The notes under the pieces: model-generated | The model's database searches: none | What the model was told of the DNA's origin: nothing | Seen by the model: only the letters and a program-made list of their open reading frames with translations | Part shown: positions 39,842 to 51,481 of the stretch, piece by piece | Position numbering within the stretch: position 1 is the stretch's first letter | Layout of the letters: every line of letters begins with the position of its first letter | Assembly (NCBI GenBank): GCA_963749075.1 | Contig: CAVVLJ010000016.1 | Span: 544,001-608,000 of the forward strand | Direction of reading: 5' to 3' | Origin: an uncultured Pseudomonadota bacterium | GTDB lineage: Bacteria; Pseudomonadota; Alphaproteobacteria; JACZXZ01 | DNA length: 64,000 nucleotides | Made by a program: the position numbers and the translations under genes

Positions 39842-40144
39842 GTGAATCTCACGCCACGGGAAAAGGACAAGCTCTTGATCGCGATGGCGGCGGTCATCGC
39901 ACGGCGGCGCCTTGAGCGCGGCGTCAAGCTCAATTATCCGGAGGCGGTGGCGCTCATCACCGACTTCGTCGTCGAGGGTGCGCGCGACGGGCGCGGCGTC
40001 GCCGAGCTGATGCGCGACGGCGCCGGGGTGGTCGCGCGCGGCCAGGTCATGGAGGGGGTGCCCGAGATGCTGCACGAGGTGCAGGTCGAGGCGACCTTCC
40101 CCGACGGCACCAAGCTCGTGACCGTGCACAACCCGATCCGCTGA
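39842..40144 (+). CDS. ureA: Urease subunit gamma
   Basis: [28 protein letters not shown]. Confidence 0.98.
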   Translation: MNLTPREKDKLLIAMAAVIARRRLERGVKLNYPEAVALITDFVVEGARDGRGVAELMRDGAGVVARGQVMEGVPEMLHEVQVEATFPDGTKLVTVHNPIR

Positions 40145-40155
40145 GGGAGGCCGCG

Positions 40156-40461
40156 ATGATTCCGGGAGAGTTGATCGCACGCGCGGGCGAGCTCGTGCTC
40201 AACGAGGGCCGCGAGACGCTCGCGCTCGAGGTGGCCAATACCGGCGACCGTCCGATCCAGGTCGGCAGCCACTATCATTTCTACGAGACGAACGCGGCGC
40301 TCGCCTTTCCGCGCGAAGCCGCGCGCGGCATGCGCCTCGATATTCCGGCCGGCACCGCGGTGCGCTTCGAGCCCGGGCAGACGCGCAAGGTGACGCTGGT
40401 GCCTTACGCGGGGGCGCGCACCGTCTACGGCTTTACCGGCAAAGTGAACGCCAAGCTCTGA
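40156..40461 (+). CDS. ureB: Urease subunit beta
   Basis: [27 protein letters not shown]. Confidence 0.98.
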   Translation: MIPGELIARAGELVLNEGRETLALEVANTGDRPIQVGSHYHFYETNAALAFPREAARGMRLDIPAGTAVRFEPGQTRKVTLVPYAGARTVYGFTGKVNAKL

Positions 40462-40471
40462 GGGGGGCTCC

Positions 40472-42177
<1,706 letters not shown>

Positions 42178-42184
<7 letters not shown>

Positions 42185-42222
42185 TGGAGCCGCCCTTCTG
42201 ATGGAGCCGCCCTTCTAATGGA
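42178..42222 (+). repeat. 17-bp tandem repeat CTTCTGATGGAGCCGCC (two full copies plus a partial copy)
   Basis: Units at 42178-42194 and 42195-42211; partial CTTCTAATGGA at 42212-42222. Confidence 0.9.
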
Positions 42223-42679
42223 AACCGTCAGCGAAATCCTGCCGGCGGGGCACTGGCCGGCGCTCGAGGAGCGCGACCGCGTGACGCTCACCTATGAGGC
42301 GCGCCATCGCCGCCGGCTGCGCATGCGCGGCGACGGCGGTCACGAGTTCCTCCTCGACCTGCCGCAGACGGTGCTGATGCGCGAGGGCGACGGGCTCAAG
42401 CTCGCGGGCGGCGGCTACGTGCGCGTGCGCGCGGCCGACGAGCCGCTCCTCGAGGTCACCGCCGCCTCGCCCGCCGAGCTGGCGCGGCTCGCCTGGCACC
42501 TCGGCAACCGTCATCTGCCGGCGGAGATCACGGCCGTGCGCGTCCTCATCTACCGCGACCACGTCATCGCCGACATGCTGAGCCGCCTCGGCGCCACGGT
42601 GCGCGAGATCACGGAGCCGTTCAATCCGGAGACCGGTGCCTATGGCGGAGACGGCCATCATCATCATGAGCATGCATAG
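42218..42679 (+). CDS. ureE: Urease accessory protein UreE
   Basis: RHRRR, AWHLGNRHLP, His-rich tail. Confidence 0.95.
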   Translation: METVSEILPAGHWPALEERDRVTLTYEARHRRRLRMRGDGGHEFLLDLPQTVLMREGDGLKLAGGGYVRVRAADEPLLEVTAASPAELARLAWHLGNRHLPAEITAVRVLIYRDHVIADMLSRLGATVREITEPFNPETGAYGGDGHHHHEHA

Positions 42680-42689
42680 CGTTGCCCAG

Positions 42690-42740
42690 TCCCTCACCCG
42701 GCCGTTTCGCGGCCACCCTCTCCCGCAAGCGGGAGAGGGA
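42690..42740. repeat. Two-hairpin intergenic repeat between ureE and ureF
   Basis: Near-identical to 26813-26863. Confidence 0.85.
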
Positions 42741-42754
42741 GAAGGCGGACCGCC

Positions 42755-43438
42755 ATGACCTCCCTCGACCAGGCCGCCCTCTATCGCCTGATGGCGTGGC
42801 TGTCGCCCGCCTATCCGACCGGCGCCTTCAGCTATAGCCACGGCATCGAATATGCGGTCGAGGCGGGGATGGTGACGGACCGCGCGAGCCTCGTCCGCTG
42901 GGTCGGCCATATCCTCGCCCAAGGTGCTGGCCGCGTCGACGCGCTCCTCTTCCGTGCCGCTTACGAGGCGGCGGACGATGCGGCGGCACTCGACGAGACC
43001 GCAGCCCTCGCGGCGGCCTTCCGCGGCAGCGCCGAGACGGCGCTCGAGAGCGCGCAGCAGGGTGCCGCCTTCCTCGCCACCACGCGGCGAGGCTGGCCGG
43101 ATGCGCGCCTCGATGGCTTTGCCGAGCGTTGCGGCGCTGCCGGCGTTGCGCTGCCGGTCGCCGTGGCGCTCGCCTGCGCCGGGCGCATCCCGCTCCGCTT
43201 GGCGCTCGCCGCCTATCTCCAGGCCATGGGCGCCAACCTCGTCTCGGCCGGCGTGCGGCTCATCCCGCTCGGCCAGAGCGACGGGCAGCAGGCGGTGGCG
43301 GCGCTCGAGCCCGTGGTGGCTGCCGCGGCCGCGGCGGCGCTCTCGGCACCGCCCGGCGAGATCGGCTCGGCGGCGGCGCTGGTCGATTGGACCTCCATGC
43401 GCCACGAAACCCAGTACACGAGGCTCTTCAGATCATGA
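42755..43438 (+). CDS. ureF: Urease accessory protein UreF
   Basis: [34 protein letters not shown]. Confidence 0.96.
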   Translation: MTSLDQAALYRLMAWLSPAYPTGAFSYSHGIEYAVEAGMVTDRASLVRWVGHILAQGAGRVDALLFRAAYEAADDAAALDETAALAAAFRGSAETALESAQQGAAFLATTRRGWPDARLDGFAERCGAAGVALPVAVALACAGRIPLRLALAAYLQAMGANLVSAGVRLIPLGQSDGQQAVAALEPVVAAAAAAALSAPPGEIGSAAALVDWTSMRHETQYTRLFRS

Positions 43439-44100
43439 CCGGCCAAGGTATGATCGGCTCGCCCCACGGACCCTTGCGCGTCGGCGTCGGCGGCCCGGTC
43501 GGCTCGGGCAAGACCGCCCTCGTCGACCGCCTGTGCAAGCACATGCGCGAGCGCTATCGCATCGCCGTCGTCACCAACGACATCTACACCAAGGAGGACG
43601 CGCAGTTCCTCACCAACTCGGGCGCCCTCGAGCCCGCGCGCATCCTGGGCGTGGAGACCGGCGGCTGCCCCCACACGGCGATCCGCGAGGACGCCTCGAT
43701 CAACCTCGCGGCGGTGGCCGAGATGCGCGCTCGCTTCCCCGGCCTCGATCTCGTCTTCATCGAATCGGGCGGCGACAACCTCGCCGCCACCTTCAGCCCC
43801 GAGCTCGCCGACTTGACGCTCTACGTCATCGACGTGGCGGCCGGCGACAAGATCCCGCGGAAGGGCGGCCCCGGCATCACGCGCTCGGACCTCCTCGTCA
43901 TCAACAAGATCGACTTGGCCCCCCTCGTCGGCGCCAGCCTCGAGGTGATGGAGCGCGACGCCAAGAGGATGCGCGGCAGCCGGCCCTTCATCTTCACCAA
44001 CCTCAAGGCCGGCCAGGGCGTCGCCGAGATCGCGGGTTTCATCATCGCGAAAGGCGGGCTTGCCGAGACGGGGGCGCCAGGTGAAGCGCTCAGGGCCTGA
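43435..44100 (+). CDS. ureG: Urease accessory GTPase UreG
   Basis: [33 protein letters not shown]. Confidence 0.97.
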   Translation: MTGQGMIGSPHGPLRVGVGGPVGSGKTALVDRLCKHMRERYRIAVVTNDIYTKEDAQFLTNSGALEPARILGVETGGCPHTAIREDASINLAAVAEMRARFPGLDLVFIESGGDNLAATFSPELADLTLYVIDVAAGDKIPRKGGPGITRSDLLVINKIDLAPLVGASLEVMERDAKRMRGSRPFIFTNLKAGQGVAEIAGFIIAKGGLAETGAPGEALRA

Positions 44101-44188
44101 GCGGCTCGAGAGTATGATTTGCACGCCGGTTGGCATCGAGTACCTTCTTACGGGGAAGATATGTCCCGCTGCTGTAAGGATGAAGGAG

Positions 44189-44494
44189 ATGGTGCGTTCG
44201 CTGTTCCCGGATGCGGCTGCCCTGGCTTCCGTTTGCCGGCACCACCGGATTCGGCGGCTGTCGTTGTTCGGCTCGACCCTGACGGGCTCCGACCGGCCCG
44301 ATAGCGACGTGGACTTGCTGGTGGAATTCGAACCTGACGCCAGACCAAGCCTCCTCACCATGGCCAGTATCGAGATCGACCTGTCTCCCTTGTTGGGCGG
44401 ACGAAAGGTCGATTTGCGTACCGCACAGGATTTGAGCCGGTATTTCCGGGAACAAGTCGTCCAGACGGCAGAGCTGCAGTATGAAGCCCGATGA
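44189..44494 (+). CDS. Minimal nucleotidyltransferase (MNT) antitoxin
   Basis: FGS-X10-DVD motif ([15 protein letters not shown]), GRKVDL; overlaps the HEPN gene. Confidence 0.9.
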   Translation: MVRSLFPDAAALASVCRHHRIRRLSLFGSTLTGSDRPDSDVDLLVEFEPDARPSLLTMASIEIDLSPLLGGRKVDLRTAQDLSRYFREQVVQTAELQYEAR

Positions 44495-44819
44495 CCGGGT
44501 CCGCCTCCGCCACATTGTCGATGCCTTGAGTTCCGCGATCCGTTTCACCGAGGGGCGGCACCGCGCGGATCTGGACAAGGACGAAATGCTGACATTCGCC
44601 CTGCTTCACGCTCTCCAGATCGCGGGAGAGGCCGCCAATAAGGTCAGCATTGAGACCCGAGACCGACACTCGCAGATTCCATGGGCGGTCGTCATCGCTA
44701 TGCGCCATCGTCTGGTTCATGCCTATTTCGACGTCAACCATGACATCCTATGGACGACGGCCACCGAGGCTGCTCCAGAACTCCTGGCTCAAGTCAAAGC
44801 GCTTCTCGATTTGGACTGA
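44481..44819 (+). CDS. HEPN (DUF86) ribonuclease toxin
   Basis: IAGEAA, IPW, R-X4-H motif followed by Tyr ([10 protein letters not shown]). Confidence 0.9.
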   Translation: MKPDDRVRLRHIVDALSSAIRFTEGRHRADLDKDEMLTFALLHALQIAGEAANKVSIETRDRHSQIPWAVVIAMRHRLVHAYFDVNHDILWTTATEAAPELLAQVKALLDLD

Positions 44820-44897
44820 ACCATGGCGCTCCAAGCCTCCTTGCCGAGCGGCCGAAGCTGCGTCATCCTCCCCGCCTGAGCCTCGAGAGGGGGTGGC

Positions 44898-46187
44898 ATG
44901 ACCACGAACGAGGAGTTGCTCGAGCGCCGCAAGAATGCGGTGCCGCGCGGCGTCGCGACCGCGACCGGGGTCTTCGCCGCGCGCGCCGAGAACGCCGAGG
45001 TGTGGGACGTAGAGGGCAAGCGCTACATCGATTTCGCGGGCGGCATCGCGGTGCTCAATACCGGCCACCGCCATCCCAAGGTCATGGAGGCGGTGCGCCG
45101 GCAGATGGAGCGCTACACCCACCCCTGCTTCCAGGTGACGCCCTACGAGCCCTATGTGGCACTCGCGGAGAAGCTCAACCGGCTGGTGCCGACCGCGGGG
45201 CCGAACAAGACGATCTTCCTCACGACCGGCGCCGAGGCGGTCGAGAACGCCGTCAAGATCGCGCGCGCCGCCACCAGGCGGCCGGCCATCGTCTCCTTCG
45301 TGGGCGCCTTCCACGGCCGCACCATGATGACCATGGCGTTGACCGGCAAGGTCGATCCCTACAAGAAGGGCTTCGGTCCGTTCCCCGGCGAGGTCTATCA
45401 CGTGCCCTATCCCAACCGCTTCCACGGCGTCGAGCCCGAGGAGGCGCTCCATGCGCTCGAGTTCCTCTTCAAGGCGGACGTGGAGCCAGCGCGCGTGGCC
45501 GCCATCCTCATCGAGCCGGTGCAGGGCGAGGGCGGCTTCTACATCGCCCCCTTCGAGTTCCTCAAGGCACTGCGCAAGTTATGCGACGAGCACGGCATCC
45601 TCCTCATCGCCGACGAGATCCAGTGCGGCTTCGGCCGCACCGGCAAGATGTTCGCGATAGAGCACGCCGGCGTTAAGCCCGATCTCGTCGTCATGGCGAA
45701 GAGCTTGGCGGGCGGCCTGCCGCTCTCGGCCGTCACGGGGCGCGCCGAGCTCATGGACGCGGTCGATCCGGGCGGGCTCGGCGGTACTTACGCGGGCAAT
45801 CCGGTCGCCTGCGCCGCCGGCCTCGCCGTGCTCGAGGTCTTCGAGGAGGAGAAGCTCCTCGAGCGCAGCACCGCCATCGGCGAGCGCGTCGCACGGCGCA
45901 TGAGCGAGCTCGCCGTCAGCAACCGCTTTCCCTGCATCGGCGAGGTGAGGGGCCTCGGCGGCATGGTCGCCATCGAGCTCGTCGAGGACCGCACCACGAA
46001 GAAGCCCGCGACGGCGTTGACCAAGCGCTGGGCCGAGCGCAGCTTGGCCAACGGCCTCATCCTCCTCACCTGCGGAATCTACGGCAACGTGGCCCGCATC
46101 CTGGTGCCGCTCACCGCGAGCGACGCCATCGTCGAGGAAGGCTTGGGCCTCCTCGAGCGCTCCCTCGAAGAAGCGATGGCGGCGTAG
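44898..46187 (+). CDS. gabT: 4-aminobutyrate--2-oxoglutarate transaminase
   Basis: DFAGGIAVLNTGH, GAEAVENAVK, EPVQGEGGF, AKSLAGG, GGTYAGNP. Confidence 0.93.
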   Translation: MTTNEELLERRKNAVPRGVATATGVFAARAENAEVWDVEGKRYIDFAGGIAVLNTGHRHPKVMEAVRRQMERYTHPCFQVTPYEPYVALAEKLNRLVPTAGPNKTIFLTTGAEAVENAVKIARAATRRPAIVSFVGAFHGRTMMTMALTGKVDPYKKGFGPFPGEVYHVPYPNRFHGVEPEEALHALEFLFKADVEPARVAAILIEPVQGEGGFYIAPFEFLKALRKLCDEHGILLIADEIQCGFGRTGKMFAIEHAGVKPDLVVMAKSLAGGLPLSAVTGRAELMDAVDPGGLGGTYAGNPVACAAGLAVLEVFEEEKLLERSTAIGERVARRMSELAVSNRFPCIGEVRGLGGMVAIELVEDRTTKKPATALTKRWAERSLANGLILLTCGIYGNVARILVPLTASDAIVEEGLGLLERSLEEAMAA

Positions 46188-46190
46188 CTA

Positions 46191-46262
46191 TCCCTCACCC
46201 TCCCATCGCTACGCGATGGGCCCCTCCCTCTCCCGCTTGCGGGAGAGGGTTGGGGTGAGGGA
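46191..46262. repeat. Palindromic intergenic repeat between convergent gabT and acyl-CoA dehydrogenase
   Basis: TCCCTCACCC...GGGTGAGGGA outer arms with the CCCTCTCCCGCTTGCGGGAGAGGG core. Confidence 0.8.
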
Positions 46263-46275
46263 CAGCACCGTGCCC

Positions 46276-47442
46276 TCAATAAGACTTCGGCAGCCCGAGC
46301 TCGTGCTCGGCGAGGTAGTTGAGGATCATGTGCAGGCTCACCGGGGCGATGCGCGTGATCCAGGCTTCGCGCAGGTAGCGCTCGACGTGATACTCCTCGG
46401 CGTAACCCATGCCGCCCAAGGTGAGCACCGCCGTGCCGCAGGCCTCGACGGCGGCCTCGGCGGCGAGGTATTTGGCGGCGTTCGCCTCGCTGCCGCAGTC
46501 CTTGCCCAGGTCGTAGAGCGAGGCCGCCTTGAGCGTCATGAGGTTGGCCGCCTCGAGCGCCGCCCACGACTTGGCGAGCGGGTGCTGGATGCCCTGGTTC
46601 TTGCCGATCGGCCGGCCGAAGACGACGCGCTCGCGGGCGTAAGCCGCGGCCTTGCGCAAGGCCGCGCGCCCGATGCCGACCGCCTCGGCGGCAACAAGGA
46701 TACGCTCCGGGTTGATGCCGTGGAGGATGGCGCGGAAGCCGCCGCCTTCCTCGCCGATGAGGTCGTCCGCCGGCACCGCCATCTCGTCGAAGAAGACCAT
46801 GTTCGAATCGACGGCGTGGCGTCCCATCTTGCGGATGAGGCGGACCTCGGCGTGCTCGCGGTCGAGGTCCGTGTAGAAGAGCGAGAGGCCGTCGGTCTTG
46901 CGCTTGACCCTGTCGAGCGGGGTGGTGCGCGCGAGCAGCAGCACCTTGCTCGCAACTTGCGCGGTCGAGGTCCAGATCTTGGTGCCGCTCACCACGTATT
47001 GGTTGCCGCGCCGCTCGGCCTTGGTCTTGAGCTCTGTGGTGTTGAGGCCGGCGTCGGGCTCGGTGACGGCGAAGCAGGCCTGGTCCTCGCCGCGGATGAG
47101 CGGCGGCAGCATGCGGCGCTGCTGCGCCTCCGTGCCGAAGACGACGACGGGATGGAGGCCGAAGATGTTCATGTGGATGGCCGAGCAGCCGCTGAGTGCG
47201 GCCCCCGATTCGGCGACCGCCTGCATCATGATCGCCGCCTCGCTGATGCCGAGGCCGGCGCCGCCGTAGACTTCGGGCATGGCGATGCCGAGCCAGCCGC
47301 CTTCCGCGACCGTCTTGTGGAACTCGCGCGGGAAGCGGGCCTCGCGCTCGCACGCGAGCCAATAATCGTCGCCGAAGCCGGCGCAGAGCTTGAGGATGGC
47401 CTCGCGGATCTGCTCCTGCTGGGGGCTCGGCAAGAAATCCAC
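46276..47442 (-). CDS. Acyl-CoA dehydrogenase
   Basis: CFAVTEPDAG, GTKIWTS, INPERIL, GGMGYAEEY. Confidence 0.93.
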   Translation of the reverse strand: MDFLPSPQQEQIREAILKLCAGFGDDYWLACEREARFPREFHKTVAEGGWLGIAMPEVYGGAGLGISEAAIMMQAVAESGAALSGCSAIHMNIFGLHPVVVFGTEAQQRRMLPPLIRGEDQACFAVTEPDAGLNTTELKTKAERRGNQYVVSGTKIWTSTAQVASKVLLLARTTPLDRVKRKTDGLSLFYTDLDREHAEVRLIRKMGRHAVDSNMVFFDEMAVPADDLIGEEGGGFRAILHGINPERILVAAEAVGIGRAALRKAAAYARERVVFGRPIGKNQGIQHPLAKSWAALEAANLMTLKAASLYDLGKDCGSEANAAKYLAAEAAVEACGTAVLTLGGMGYAEEYHVERYLREAWITRIAPVSLHMILNYLAEHELGLPKSY

Positions 47443-47466
47443 GGAGCAGCGCTCCCTCTCGCGGGG

Positions 47467-48534
47467 TCAGGCGTGAGAGACGCGGCGTACGACGGTGAAG
47501 CCCTTCCACGCCTCGGCGAAGGCATCGACCGCGCGGTCCACCTCGGCCGCTCCGATATGGCGGTGAGTGACGAGGCGGAGACGGGTGGGCCGCGCCGGTG
47601 CCACGCGCACGCCGCGCTCCGCGAGCGCCGCCGTCCACTCGAGGGCATTGTGCCGGCTCGCCGCAAGCTCGATGTTCACGATGTTGCTCTCGACCGCCGC
47701 CGGGGAGGCGAGGCTCGCATCGATGGCGTGGAGACCGCGGGCGAGGCGCTTGGCACTCGCGTGGTCGTCGGCCAGGCGCTCGATCATCTCCTCGAGCGCC
47801 ACGATGCCGGCGGCGGCGGCAAAGCCCGACTGGCGCATGTTGCCGCCCACCATGCGGCGGAAGGCCCGTGCGCGCTCGATGAAGGCGGCCGGGCCGCAGA
47901 GCAGCGAGCCGACCGGCGCCGAGAGCCCCTTGGAGATGCAGAAGCACACGGAATCGCCGTGCGCCGCGATGCGCTCGGCAGCGACCCCGAGCGCCACCGC
48001 GGCGTTGAAGAGGCGGGCGCCGTCGATGTGCACGGGCACGCCCGCGCCATGGGCGAGGCGGGCTACCTCGGCCATGTAGGCGAGCGGCAGCACGGCGCCG
48101 CCGGCCGCGTTGTGCGTGGTCTCGAGCGTCACGAGTGCGGTCGCGAGGCGGTTGCGCGAGAGACCGGGGGAGAGCGCCTCGGCGAGCGCCTCGAGCTCCA
48201 TGACGCCGCGCTCGGCGGGGATGGCGCGGTGGAAGAGCCCGGCGAGCCCGGCGATGCCGCCCATCTCCGAGCGCGCGATGTGGCACTCCGCGTCGAACAG
48301 CACCTCGCCGCCGCGCCCGCCATGGGCGAGGAGGGCCACGAGGTTGGCCATGGTGCCGCTCGGCACGAAGATGGCGGCCTCCTTCCCCGTGCGCCTGGCC
48401 GCGAGCGCCTCGAGGGCACCCACGGTCGGGTCGCCGTCGCGCGCGTCGTCGCCGAGCTCGGCTGCGGCCATGCGCGCGCGCATCCGCTCGGTCGGCAGCG
48501 TCACCGTATCGCTTCTGAGGTCGATCGCCGTCAT
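47467..48534 (-). CDS. Low-specificity L-threonine aldolase family
   Basis: DLRSDTVT, PSGTMAN, HIDGARLFNA, SKGLSAPVGS. Confidence 0.9.
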   Translation of the reverse strand: MTAIDLRSDTVTLPTERMRARMAAAELGDDARDGDPTVGALEALAARRTGKEAAIFVPSGTMANLVALLAHGGRGGEVLFDAECHIARSEMGGIAGLAGLFHRAIPAERGVMELEALAEALSPGLSRNRLATALVTLETTHNAAGGAVLPLAYMAEVARLAHGAGVPVHIDGARLFNAAVALGVAAERIAAHGDSVCFCISKGLSAPVGSLLCGPAAFIERARAFRRMVGGNMRQSGFAAAAGIVALEEMIERLADDHASAKRLARGLHAIDASLASPAAVESNIVNIELAASRHNALEWTAALAERGVRVAPARPTRLRLVTHRHIGAAEVDRAVDAFAEAWKGFTVVRRVSHA

Positions 48535-48712
48535 GGCCAGCACTCCATCGCGTTGAGAGATCAAGGACCGCGCACTCTACCCTGCCGGCGCGCGCCAAAG
48601 AATAAGCATGGAAGCGGCCGCCGCTGCAACGTCCAGGGGCTTGATCGCAGAGGCTCCGGCGGGCGATGCTGCGCCTCATACGGCTCGAACGACGCCAGAG
48701 GAGGAAACGGCC

Positions 48713-49144
48713 ATGGCAAGCGATCTCTTCAAGAAGGGGCTGCGGGTGCGGCGCGCGGTCCTCGGACGCGCCTACGTGAACAAGAGCCTGGCGTCGGCGA
48801 CGCCCTTCACCATGCCGTTCCAGGAGCTCACCACCGAATATTGCTGGGGCAAGGTGTGGTCGCGGCCGGGCCTCCCGCGCAAGACCCGCAGCTTCCTCAA
48901 CCTCGCCATGCTGTGCGCGCTCAACCGTCCGCACGAGCTCAAGCTCCATGTGCGGGGCGCCCTCACCAACGGCATCACGCCGGGCGAGATCCAGGAAGTG
49001 ATGCTGCAGGTCGCCATCTATTGCGGCATTCCCGCCTCGCTCGACGGCTTCCGCGTGGCGCGCGAGGTGCTGGAGGAGGCCGGCAGCGCCGCACCCAAGG
49101 GCCGCAAGCGCGCGAAGGCCACGCGCAGAGGAGCCAAGCGATGA
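48713..49144 (+). CDS. Carboxymuconolactone decarboxylase family protein
   Basis: EYCWGKVWSRPGL, ELKLHVRGA, AIYCGIPA. Confidence 0.88.
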   Translation: MASDLFKKGLRVRRAVLGRAYVNKSLASATPFTMPFQELTTEYCWGKVWSRPGLPRKTRSFLNLAMLCALNRPHELKLHVRGALTNGITPGEIQEVMLQVAIYCGIPASLDGFRVAREVLEEAGSAAPKGRKRAKATRRGAKR

Positions 49145-50100
49145 CCATGCGCGCCGCCATCCTCGACGACTACCAGGACGCAGCGCTTGCCGCCGCCGAC
49201 TGGACGAGCCTCGGCCCTGCCGTGGCGACGACGGCCTTCCGCGACACGCTCGCCGACATCGACAAGGTGGCGGCGCGTCTGGCCGAATTCGAGATCGTCG
49301 TCGCCATGCGGGAGCGCACGCCCTTCCCGCAAGCGCTCCTCGAGCGCCTGCCCAAGCTCAAGCTCCTCGTCACCACGGGGAAGCGCAACGCCGCCATCGA
49401 CATGAAGGCGGCCGCGGCTCGGGGTGTGGTGGTGTGCGGCACCGACATGCTGGGCTATCCCACGGCCGAGCTCGCCTGGGGCCTCATCCTGGCGCTCGCG
49501 CGCCACATTCCGCGCGAGGAGCGCAGCATGCGCGCGGGCGGCTGGCAGACGACGCTCGGCGTAGGCCTGCAAGGGAAGACGCTCGGCCTCCTGGGCCTGG
49601 GCAACCTCGGCAGCCAGGTGGCGCGCATCGGCATCGCCTTCGGCATGACGGCGATCGGCTGGAGCCAGAACCTCACTGCCGAGCGCGCCGCCTCGGTGGG
49701 TGCGCAACTCGTGAGCAAGGAGGAGCTCTTCCGCCGCGCCGACGTGCTCAGCGTCCACCTGGTGCTGAGCGGGCGCACGCGCGGCCTGGTGGGCGCCGCG
49801 GATTTGGCGCTCATGAAGCCCTCGGCCATGCTCGTCAACAGCTCGCGCGGGCCGATCGTCGACGGTTCGGCGCTCATCGCGGCCCTCGAAGGCCGTCGCA
49901 TCGCGGGTGCCGCACTCGACGTCTACGACACCGAGCCGCTCCCCGCCGACCACCCGCTGAGGCGCCTCGACAACGTCGTGCTGACGCCGCATCTCGGCTA
50001 CGTGACGGCCGAGAACTACCGCCTGGCTTATGCCTGCGCGGTCGAGGACATCCGCGCCTACCTCGACGGCAAGCCGGTGCGCGTGCTGAACGCGGGGTGA
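49141..50100 (+). CDS. D-2-hydroxyacid dehydrogenase family protein
   Basis: ILDDYQ, MRERTPF, GLGNLG, NSSRG, TPHLGY. Confidence 0.92.
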   Translation: MTMRAAILDDYQDAALAAADWTSLGPAVATTAFRDTLADIDKVAARLAEFEIVVAMRERTPFPQALLERLPKLKLLVTTGKRNAAIDMKAAAARGVVVCGTDMLGYPTAELAWGLILALARHIPREERSMRAGGWQTTLGVGLQGKTLGLLGLGNLGSQVARIGIAFGMTAIGWSQNLTAERAASVGAQLVSKEELFRRADVLSVHLVLSGRTRGLVGAADLALMKPSAMLVNSSRGPIVDGSALIAALEGRRIAGAALDVYDTEPLPADHPLRRLDNVVLTPHLGYVTAENYRLAYACAVEDIRAYLDGKPVRVLNAG

Positions 50101-50130
50101 GCCTCAGGGTCGAGGAACCCTGGGTATCCC

Positions 50131-51312
50131 TCACCCCCGCAGCGCCTGTGCCGCGGCCGCGATGCCGGCGCCGTGCTGGAAGCGGTGGCCGAGCTCGGCG
50201 AGCACGTCCTCGAGATGGATGAGGTCGGTCAGGATGTCGCCCTCGAAGATGTGCCCCATGGTGCCGATGCGGATCACCTTGCCGGCGAGCTTGTTGCGCG
50301 CACCGGCGATCACGGTGCGGTGCTTCTCGTGGAGCCGGCGCACGATGGCGCTCGCCTGGATGCCCTCTGGCACGGCGAAGACCGAGACGGTCGGCGAGAG
50401 AGCGCCGCTCCGCGCATAAGAGGGGAGGCCGATCGCGGCGGCACCTGCCCTGAGCGCCGAGGCGAGGCGGCGGTGGCGCGCGAGCACCTGCTCGAGCCCC
50501 TCCTCATGGATCATGCGGAGCGCCTCGGCCACGCCCTGGATGAGGGCGACGGGCGAGGTATAGGGCGTCGCACCCTGCTCGATCTCCTCGCCATAGCGGC
50601 GGAAATCGAAGTAGAAGCGCGGCGAGCGGTCGTCGCGGCGCACCACCTCCCAGGCCTTGGCGCTCACGCTCGCGACGCCCACACCGGGCGGGCACATGAG
50701 AGCCTTTTGCGAGGCTGAGACGACGATGTCGGCGCCCCAGGCGTCCTGGCGCATCTCGAGGCCGGCAAGCCCGCTCACGGAATCGACGAGGAGGAGCGTC
50801 GGGCGATCGCGCATGACGGCGCCGAGCGCGGCGAGATCGGCAACGACGCCGGTCGAGCTCTCGTTGTGCACCAGCACGACGGCGCGGTAGTCGGCATCCT
50901 TCGCCCGGGCCTCGACGGCCGCCGCATCGACCGCCTCGCCCCAAGGCACCTCGAGCGTCTCGACCACGGCGCCGAGCGCCTTGCCGATGGCGGCGAAGCG
51001 CTCGCCGAACTGGCCGTTGACCACCACGAGCAGGCGCTCGCCCGGCGCCAGCACGTTGGCGAGGCAGGCCTCCATCATGCCGGTGCCGCTGGCGGCGAAG
51101 AAGAGGACGCGGTTCCGCGTGCCGAGCACCGGGCGTAGCAGGGATTCGGCTTCGCGGAGGATGTCGCGGAACTCGGGTCCCCGGTGGGCCAACATGGGCC
51201 GCGCGGTCGCCTGGCGCACGCGCTCGGGTACCGTGGTCGGGCCGGGCAGGCGCAGCCGGTAGGGCTCGGGCGCCAAGTTGGCGGTCGTCGGGGTTGCGGC
51301 CGGGTCGTTCAT
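50131..51312 (-). CDS. Class V PLP aminotransferase (alanine-glyoxylate/serine-pyruvate type)
   Basis: LPGPT, SGTGMME, HNESSTG, SQKALMCPPG, RIGTMG. Confidence 0.9.
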   Translation of the reverse strand: MNDPAATPTTANLAPEPYRLRLPGPTTVPERVRQATARPMLAHRGPEFRDILREAESLLRPVLGTRNRVLFFAASGTGMMEACLANVLAPGERLLVVVNGQFGERFAAIGKALGAVVETLEVPWGEAVDAAAVEARAKDADYRAVVLVHNESSTGVVADLAALGAVMRDRPTLLLVDSVSGLAGLEMRQDAWGADIVVSASQKALMCPPGVGVASVSAKAWEVVRRDDRSPRFYFDFRRYGEEIEQGATPYTSPVALIQGVAEALRMIHEEGLEQVLARHRRLASALRAGAAAIGLPSYARSGALSPTVSVFAVPEGIQASAIVRRLHEKHRTVIAGARNKLAGKVIRIGTMGHIFEGDILTDLIHLEDVLAELGHRFQHGAGIAAAAQALRG

Positions 51313-51481
51313 GGGGAAGCGCTCGTTGCCATGATAGGGCGGCGCCGGGCGTCCCCCTTGACGGCCGCTATCTATGCGCCGGCCGTGGAAAGCGTCAATA
51401 CAGCCGCCATTTCAACCTTCCGGGCAGCAGCGGCTTGTTGTAGGGTGCAAGCGGGGAAGCGACGGGGAGCGAGGAGGGCGC

